Source: Bacillota bacterium (GTDB lineage Bacteria; Bacillota; Sulfobacillia; JAUYEG01). Taken from it: a DNA stretch of 64,000 bases. A program made the translations under genes and the position numbers. The stretch covers positions 49,978 through 113,977 of the forward strand of contig JAXGPL010000008.1 in NCBI GenBank assembly GCA_040766985.1. Direction: 5' to 3'. A model generated the notes under the pieces. The model was not told the DNA's origin, searched no databases, and worked only from the letters and a program-made list of their open reading frames with translations. Below, in pieces: positions 58,514 to 64,000 of the stretch (position 1 is the stretch's first letter; each line of letters opens with the position of its first letter).

Positions 58514-58569
58514 GTTACCAGGAGGCCGCCCGGCGACTATGACTAGCAAGTGGAAGGTACCCCGGCCGG
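58514..58569 (+). promoter_or_regulatory. Conserved 5' module of mini-gene 4
   Basis: GTTAC (58514), N17, ACTA (58536), GGAAGGT, CCCCGGCCGG (58560-58569). Ends 34 nt before the ATG. Confidence 0.5.
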
Positions 58570-58603
58570 CGCCTCAACCGAACGTCGCAAAGGAGTGTCT
58601 AGA

Positions 58604-58858
58604 ATGGCCCGTCACAACCAGGGATGCGGCATGCCTTGGGCTTGGGGTGGCTATGCTGCCCCGTACTTCGGCTCCCAGGCGGCTCCCCCGTACGCCGGCC
58701 AAAACGGCTGCTATGCGCCCCTTGCTGCCTGCTCACAGGGTGTCTGCATCGAAAACGGTGAGTTGCTCATCGCTTTCGTCCTGCTCCTGATCTTCTTTCT
58801 GGGCAAGGACAACAGCTTCCCGCCGGGACCCCCGCCGTGGGTGAGTAAGGAAGAGTAG
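58604..58858 (+). CDS. Small tail-anchored peptide, paralog 4 (84 aa)
   Basis: ATG after AAAGGAG. MARHNQGCGMPWAWGGY...CYAPLAACSQGVCIENGELLIAFVLLLIFFLGKDNSFPPGPPPWVSKEE. Confidence 0.7.
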   Translation: MARHNQGCGMPWAWGGYAAPYFGSQAAPPYAGQNGCYAPLAACSQGVCIENGELLIAFVLLLIFFLGKDNSFPPGPPPWVSKEE

Positions 58859-58887
58859 CCGCAATAAGCTGGCGGCACGATTGCGAT

Positions 58888-58913
58888 GGGGGCGGCTGCC
58901 CCCCCCCCCCCCC
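58888..58913 (+). repeat. GC hairpin merging into a 15-nt poly-C homopolymer (58899-58913)
   Basis: GGGGGC-ggct-GCCCCC, then an uninterrupted C run counted directly from the sequence. It lies between mini-gene 4 and adenine deaminase. Confidence 0.9.
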
Positions 58914-59074
58914 GATTCTCGGTGCCAAAGCGGACTCCAAACCTGGCGAAGCCCCCGTCCGTCCCCCGTGCCGCCGCCCCGCACCGCTCCCAGGGAGGTC
59001 AGCGGCCCTCGCCGCGGAAACCTTCAGCCAAGGCTGAGCTGCGGCCACGGCCGGGTGGGGACGGAGGCGGACGA

Positions 59075-60814
59075 ATGTCCTGGAACAGCAGCGCCGGAGA
59101 CGGCGCCCTTCATATCGTGGGCGGCACCCTTGTCAACGTATTCACCGGCGAGACCTATTGCGCCGACGTTCTCTGCCGCCGCGGCCTGATCGCCGAGGTG
59201 ATGCCTGCAGGCTCCGCCACGGCGCCCGGGCAGGCGTCGCTGGACGCACGCGGGCTCTACGTCCTCCCGGGGCTGATCAACGGCCACATGCACGTTGAGA
59301 GCAGTATGGTCACTCCCGCCGAATACGCCTGCACGGTGCTCCCGCACGGCACGACCTGCGCCGTCGCGGACCCGCACGAGATCGCCAACGTGCTCGGTGC
59401 AGCCGGCGTACGGTCGCTGATGAGTTCCGCGAGGTCGGCTGTATGCGACTTCCGGTTCACCGCACCCTCCTGCGTCCCGGCCACGGCCATGGAAACCGCC
59501 GGGGCATCGCTCGGCGCCGCGGAACTCGAGGCCCTGCTGGAAGATCCCGCTGTGGTGGCGCTCGGGGAGATGATGAACTTCCCCGGTGTGGTCCGCCGCG
59601 ACCCGGGAATTCTGGCCAAGATCGCCGCGGCCGGCAGGGTGGGCAAGCCGGTCGACGGTCACGCCCCGGGGCTCACCGGCACCGACCTCAACGCCTATGT
59701 CGCAGCAGGGGTCTCGTCGGAGCACGAGGCGACAACCCTTTGCGAGGCGCGCGAGAAGATGCGCCTCGGGATGTGGCTCATGGTCCGCGAGGGTTCGGCC
59801 GCGCGCAACCTCGCGGCGCTGCTCCCGCTGGCCAGGGATACGGGCGGCGAGAGGATGATGTTCGTCACCGACGACCGCCATCCGGACGACCTACTCGCGG
59901 CAGGGGAGTTGGACGAAGTGCTGCGGCTGGCAGTGGCCGGAGGTCTGGACCCGGTTGCCGCGGTGCGTATGGCCACCCTGAATCCGGCGGCCTACTTCGG
60001 CCTTGACGACCGGGGAGTCGTCGCGCCGGGGCGGATCGCCGATCTGTGGCTGGTCCGGGATCTCGCCGGATTCGAGACGGAGGCGGTCGTCAAGTCGGGG
60101 CGCCTCGTCTATTCCGGCGGACGGTGGGTCGGTGAGCCGGAAGGCATCCGGGCCGGCGTAACGGCGGGAGCTGGCGGTACAGGTCAAGCCAACTCCGTTC
60201 ACCTACCGCAGGATCTTTCGGGACTGCTGAGGGTTCCGCCACGTTCGGGCCGGGCACGGGTAATTGGGATCGTGCCGGGGCAGATCGTCACCCGCAACCT
60301 GGCTCTCGAAGTCTGCCTGGACGGTGCGGGGTCACTCGGGCCCGCCGGCAGAGAGGTCTCGAAGATCGCGGTGATCGAGCGCCACGGCCGGCGAGGGTCG
60401 GTGGGGGTCGGCCTGGTATCCGGGCTGGGGCTCGCCGGCCCCGGGGCCATCGCCTCGACGGTCGCACACGACTCACACAACCTGATTGTCGCCGGGAGCT
60501 CGGACCGCGAGATGATCGTCGCGGCGGAGGCCCTGGGCGAATGTGGAGGCGGGTTCGCGGTCGTCCGCGACGGCGTGGTTTCCGCGCTGCTTCCCCTGCC
60601 CTACGCAGGGTTGATGTCGCGGCGCCCGGTGGCCGACGTGGCACGCGGCATCGCAGCGGTCAACGCAGCCGCAAGGGAACTGGGCTGCGAGCTAGAAAGC
60701 CCGATGATGGCATTGAGTTTCCTGGCCCTGCCGGTGATCCCCGAGCTCAAGCTGACCGATCTCGGCCTGTTCGATGTAGCGGCCTTCCGCCACGTGCCGC
60801 TCTGGATCGGGTAG
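59075..60814 (+). CDS. ade: Adenine deaminase
   Basis: ATG 59075 lies 7 nt after GGAGG. GLINGHMHVESSMV, DGHAPGLTG, VAHDSHNLIV. The upstream 63 codons of the ORF track were rejected. Confidence 0.8.
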   Translation: MSWNSSAGDGALHIVGGTLVNVFTGETYCADVLCRRGLIAEVMPAGSATAPGQASLDARGLYVLPGLINGHMHVESSMVTPAEYACTVLPHGTTCAVADPHEIANVLGAAGVRSLMSSARSAVCDFRFTAPSCVPATAMETAGASLGAAELEALLEDPAVVALGEMMNFPGVVRRDPGILAKIAAAGRVGKPVDGHAPGLTGTDLNAYVAAGVSSEHEATTLCEAREKMRLGMWLMVREGSAARNLAALLPLARDTGGERMMFVTDDRHPDDLLAAGELDEVLRLAVAGGLDPVAAVRMATLNPAAYFGLDDRGVVAPGRIADLWLVRDLAGFETEAVVKSGRLVYSGGRWVGEPEGIRAGVTAGAGGTGQANSVHLPQDLSGLLRVPPRSGRARVIGIVPGQIVTRNLALEVCLDGAGSLGPAGREVSKIAVIERHGRRGSVGVGLVSGLGLAGPGAIASTVAHDSHNLIVAGSSDREMIVAAEALGECGGGFAVVRDGVVSALLPLPYAGLMSRRPVADVARGIAAVNAAARELGCELESPMMALSFLALPVIPELKLTDLGLFDVAAFRHVPLWIG

Positions 60815-60857
60815 CGAAGCCCGGCTCTGCTCCGAGGGCCCGCGAGGAGTGTTTGCG

Positions 60858-61871
60858 TTGACGGTTGATCTGACCAATGACGGCGGGGCCGGCGCGGTTT
60901 CCGGGCTCGGGTTTGACGATGTGCTCGCTGCCCGCACACGGATCGCGCCCTACCTGCGACGCACCCCTGTAGCGCACAACCCCGCGCTCGACGAGGCGTT
61001 GGGTTGCGAGGCGTACGTAAAGTGCGAGAACCTCCAGCCGATTGGCGCGTTCAAGGTCCGCGGCGGCATCAACCTGATGCTCTCGCTTCCCGATGAGCAG
61101 CGTCGACGGGGAGTGATCACCGCCTCCACCGGCAACCACGGCCAGTCGGTCGCCTACGCGTCGCGCCTTGTTGGGGCGCGCGCAATCGTCTACGTGCCCC
61201 GCGGCGCCAACCCGCTCAAGGTGGAATCGATGCGTCGCCTCGGCGGTGAAGTGGTCGAGGACGGGCAAGATTTCGATGAGGCCAAGGTAATCGCCGAACA
61301 GAGGGCCGGGCGTGAGGGGCTGTACTTCATTTCCTCGGGCGACGAGCCATTGCTTATCGCGGGCGTGGCTACGGCCTGCCTGGAGCTGTTCGAGGACGTC
61401 CCGGGCCTGGATACGGTACTCGTACCGGTCGGCGGCGGCAGCGGCGCTTCCGGGGCGTGTCTGGCGCGTGACGGGGCCAGTCCGGAGACCCGGTCATCGG
61501 CGTGCAGGCCGAACTGGCTTCAGCAGTCCACGACTCGTGGCGCGAGGAGCAGACCGGTGAAGTACGCGAAGGCGCCGACCTTCGCCGACGGGCTCGCGAC
61601 GCGCGAGCCGTTCGCCATCCCCCTGGCGCTGATGCACAAGGGGCTGGCGGACTTCTGGCTCGTTTCCGAGCAGAGCATGAAGCGGGCGATCAGGCTGCTT
61701 GCAGAGACCCTTCACATGCTGGCGGAGGGCGCGGGCGCGGCATCGACCGCTGCGGCGATGGACCACGCAGCCGACGTGCGCGGCCGCAAGGTCGGCCTGA
61801 TGCTGAGCGGCGGCAACCTGCCGCTGGACCTTCTGGAGCGGGTACTTGAGGAGACGCGGCACACGGGATGA
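60858..61871 (+). pseudogene. PLP-dependent threonine/serine dehydratase family enzyme, with a compensating pair of frame breaks (about 61485-61560)
   Basis: TTG 8 nt after GAGGAG. GAFKVRGG (PLP Lys), ASTGNHGQSVAY, VPVGGGSGASG. The expected VIGVQAELASAVHDSWREEQ lies in another frame for about 75 nt before the original frame resumes. Confidence 0.7.
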
Positions 61872-61900
61872 CCCGTAGGCACCTGGTGAACCCCTGTGCG

Positions 61901-61934
61901 GCCGGCTGCCCTTAGCAGCCGGCTCTTGCTTTCC
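61901..61934. terminator. Hairpin with T-rich tail between convergent PLP-enzyme genes
   Basis: GCCGGCTG / CAGCCGGC stem followed by TCTTGCTTTCC. Confidence 0.55.
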
Positions 61935-61988
61935 GCCCCTCGGCGTGGGACCGAATACCTCGTCCCCCTCCCCGCCCCCGGCCAAGGC

Positions 61989-62984
61989 TTAGCCATGCCG
62001 CTCGATCAGCCGCCGCAGGATCTCGAACCCGATGTTCTGCCCGGAAACCACCAGCACCGCGGTACGGCCCGCGAACTCCCCCGGGTGCTCGGCGACGTAC
62101 GCCCAGCCGACTGCGGCGGAAGGCTCCGCCAGGACTTGTTCGTGGCGCAGCATCTCGACAACGGCGCGTTCGATGGCGGTTTCCGATGCCAGTACGACTC
62201 TGTCGATGCACCGTCCCGACTCACGGAAACCCAGCTCCCCGACCCCGCCGACCAACGCCTCGCAGACGGACGGCGCAGTTGGATAGGTCTCGTAGAAGGT
62301 CTGGTCGCGCACGGCGGCCAGCATGGCGGGACAGGCTTCGGTCTGCACCGCGGAGACCACCAGCCCCGGGAGGGCCGCGCGCATCGCCACACTGATTCCC
62401 GTTATCAGGCCGCCGCCGCCCACCGGGACCAAGACCTCGTCGACCTGCGGCAGATCCTCGTGGATCTCGAGCCCGATCGTGCCGTGGCCGGCGATTGCGA
62501 CAGGGTCGGAACAGGAGTCGACCCAAACCCCGCCGGAGCCGCGCGCGACGGCGGCTTTGGCGGCCAGATAAGCCTCGTCGTAGTTCTCGCCGACGAGGCG
62601 GAGCTCGGCTCCGTAGCGGCGGATCTTGGCGGTCTTGGGCTCGGGCGTCGTACGCGGCGCAAACACCTCCACCTTGACGCCCCACCTGCGGCCGGCCCAA
62701 CTCGCCGCAACCCCGTGGTTTCCGCTGGAAGCGACCACGATTCCGCGCGCCCGCTCGCGCTCGGGCATAGTCAACAGCCTGTTGATCATGCCCCGCACCT
62801 TGAACGCACCAAGCCGCTGGCGGTTCTCCAGCTTGAGATAGATCTTGCCGCCTGTCAACTCGCTCAGAAAACCGGACTGCAGAAGCGGCGTCCGCCATAC
62901 GTACGGGGCAATCCGATCCCGGGCGGCCGCTACGTCCGCGTCCGAGAGGGTCGCCGGGCGGATCGCGGAAAGGCTCTCGGCCAT
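61989..62984 (-). CDS. PLP-dependent threonine/serine dehydratase family enzyme
   Basis: ATG 62984 overlaps the upstream stop (TGATG). GAFKVRGM, ASSGNHGVAASW, VPVGGGGLITG. Confidence 0.7.
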   Translation of the reverse strand: MAESLSAIRPATLSDADVAAARDRIAPYVWRTPLLQSGFLSELTGGKIYLKLENRQRLGAFKVRGMINRLLTMPERERARGIVVASSGNHGVAASWAGRRWGVKVEVFAPRTTPEPKTAKIRRYGAELRLVGENYDEAYLAAKAAVARGSGGVWVDSCSDPVAIAGHGTIGLEIHEDLPQVDEVLVPVGGGGLITGISVAMRAALPGLVVSAVQTEACPAMLAAVRDQTFYETYPTAPSVCEALVGGVGELGFRESGRCIDRVVLASETAIERAVVEMLRHEQVLAEPSAAVGWAYVAEHPGEFAGRTAVLVVSGQNIGFEILRRLIERHG

Positions 62985-63998
62985 CAATTGTCCACCTCGA
63001 CGTGCAACTCCAGCTGGGCCGCGCGATGGCACGCGACGGTCCGCGACCGCGGGCCGTCGTGGACCGGGACCGGCTCCGGCGCGGCCTCGCGGCAGATATC
63101 CTCCGCAAACGGGCAGCGAGGGTGAAGGCGGCAGCCTGCCGGCGGGTTAATCAGGCTAGGCGGGTCGCCGGCAAGGCCATATCGCTTGCGCTCGCGGCGT
63201 CTCGGGTCAAGCGGCGGCGATGCGGACAGAAGGGCCGCGGTATAGGGGTGCATCGGCCGCCGGTACAACTCGGCCGTCGGGCCGACTTCAACGATCTTGC
63301 CGAGATACATGACCCCGATCCGGTCGCTCAGGTAGCGGACCACGGAGAGGTTGTGGGTGATGAACAGATACGTCAGGCCGAACTGCTGCTGCAGGTCCAG
63401 CAGAAGGTTGAGGATCTGGGCCTGCACCGATACGTCGAGGGCCGAGGTCGGCTCGTCGAGGATCAGCATCTCCGGCCGCAGCACGAGCGCCCTGGCGATG
63501 CTGGCGCGCTGCTGCTGGCCGCCGCTCAACTGGTGCGGATAGCGGTCGAGGAGGTCATCGCTCAGGTTCACAAGGCTGATCGTCTCCGCAAGCCGGGCCG
63601 CGGCCTCTTTGCCGGTAACGCCATGCAGGGCCAGCGGACGGAGGATGGAAGTGCGCACCGTCCAGCGGGGCATCAGCGAAGAGGCCGGGTCTGGAATACG
63701 ATCCCCATCCGCCTGCGCAGCCGCGTGGTCAGGGCCGCCGGCCTGGCGTCCGGCCGTCGAAGGCACCCGGCCGCCAGTGGGCGCGGCGAGGTGCGGTATC
63801 AGGCGGGCAAGGGTCCTTGCCGCTGCCGCTCTCGCCGACCAGGCGAAGGTCTCGCCGCGCGCGATGTCGAGCGTAGCCCATCGACCGCACGGACGCCCAG
63901 CGGACCTGTTTTCGGAGCAGACCCTTGGTCATCGAATAGTACTTGCTCGTGTTCTCCAGTTGGACCAACGCAGCCGTCGTCACGGTCGTACCTCCCAC
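62984..63998 (-). pseudogene. Oligopeptide/dipeptide ABC transporter ATP-binding protein (OppF/DppF-type), N-terminal third spread over several frames
   Basis: LSGGQQQRASIARAL, LILDEPTSALD, ITHNLSVV and the C-terminal oligopeptide-type extension (PMHPYTAALL...CRLHPRCPFAEDIC) are intact. Walker A LVGESGSGK and flanking segments (LDIARGETF, TLARLIPHL, RMGIVFQ) alternate frames. Confidence 0.75.
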
Positions 63999-64000
63999 AC

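Noticed and set aside
57121-58569. Assigning the mini-gene promoters to SigK, SigE, SigG/F or an ECF sigma factor
   Set aside because: I could not fit GTTAC-N17-ACTA to the CATA---TA (SigK), CATACA-T (SigE), CATnnTA (SigG) or AAC/CGT (ECF) consensus sequences without several mismatches in every copy.
57047-58790. Over-long ORFs 57047-57553, 57492-58058 and 58188-58790 as real 168-, 188- and 200-aa proteins
   Set aside because: Each mini-gene has an internal start with an AAAGGAG site preceded by the conserved leader box and the previous copy's hairpin. The 200-aa ORF is out of frame with the conserved peptide module.
57212-58858. The mini-peptides as RiPP/lanthipeptide or bacteriocin precursors
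   Set aside because: The conserved part is the C-terminal hydrophobic anchor and the variable part is N-terminal, which is the opposite of leader-core logic. No LanB/LanC/LanM, YcaO, radical-SAM maturase or dedicated exporter is adjacent. I keep this only as a remote alternative.
57100-58900. The regularly spaced conserved blocks as a CRISPR array or a non-coding repeat family
   Set aside because: The spacing is irregular (444-544 nt). The repeats are in-frame coding sequence with mostly synonymous differences, and each has an RBS. No cas genes are present.
58886-59074. 63-codon N-terminal extension of adenine deaminase running through the poly-C tract
   Set aside because: It is Pro/Arg/Ala-rich filler. 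Homology and a good RBS (GGAGG, 7 nt) begin at ATG 59075.
1-64000. Mobile elements, prophage, integrons, toxin-antitoxin or defence systems
   Set aside because: No transposase, integrase, recombinase, terminal inverted repeats or phage structural motifs appeared in any frame. The disrupted 47-50 kb stretch has no flanking repeats that I could find.
1-64000. Programmed ribosomal frameshifting as the explanation for the split genes
   Set aside because: The breaks occur in many unrelated housekeeping genes. Some come as compensating pairs. They lack slippery heptamers and downstream structures, so indels are the simpler explanation.

Overview
The window is a very GC-rich bacterial chromosomal segment with dense operon packing: ATGA, GTGA and TGATG start/stop overlaps and strong GGAGG-type ribosome-binding sites (RBS). 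I saw no rRNA, tRNA, CRISPR array or mobile element. All product calls rest on motifs read from the translations, because no database search was possible.

Gene content points to a high-GC endospore-forming Firmicute-like organism. The evidence is four CotS-family spore-kinase paralogs, CotSA-like GT4 glycosyltransferases, a CotJC-like ferritin-fold protein, LysM/NodB cell-wall enzymes, an SplB-like radical-SAM gene and YjcZ-like tiny peptides.

Layout:
- 0-5 kb: ddl 3' end, a LysM-deacetylase lipoprotein, ferredoxin, a histidine phosphatase, an M42 peptidase and a NUDIX-like remnant.
- 5-20.8 kb: two divergent operons. They combine a complete GDP-D-glycero-D-manno-heptose pathway (a GmhA-GmhB fusion, HddA, HddC), GDP-mannose genes (ManC, phosphomannomutase), three GT4 transferases, four CotS-like kinases (one apparently catalytically dead) and a degenerate ABC-ATPase fusion protein. 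I read this as a predicted spore-surface glycan locus.
- 20.9-37 kb: housekeeping genes. These are pyrF, GNAT, a LysM protein, pdp, thioredoxin, fabD-acpP-fabF behind a FapR-like operator, a rubredoxin / rubredoxin-reductase / ferritin-like module, pyrG, an SDR, an ASCH protein, a thiolase and CoA-transferase A/B.
- 37.1-38.8 kb: an unrecognisable coiled-coil locus.
- 38.9-47.3 kb: ABC-F, an M48 protease, an unusual triple-tandem HlyD-type adaptor, and two FtsX permeases with no ATPase.
- 47.3-50.3 kb: a heavily frame-disrupted stretch.
- 50-57 kb: M20, PHP phosphatase, a DRG-type GTPase and two amidohydrolases.
- 57.1-58.9 kb: the most novel-looking element. Four tandem mini-genes, each with its own promoter and terminator, encode Gly/Tyr/Cys-rich tail-anchored peptides that share an invariant Cys-triad/ENGELLIA module and a conserved 5' leader box.
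- 59-64 kb: adenine deaminase, two PLP dehydratases and an OppF-like ATPase.

Many conserved genes carry single-base frame breaks, several of them at short C/G or A/T runs, and the breaks are very unevenly distributed. Assembly indels cannot be separated from real pseudogenes using the sequence alone.
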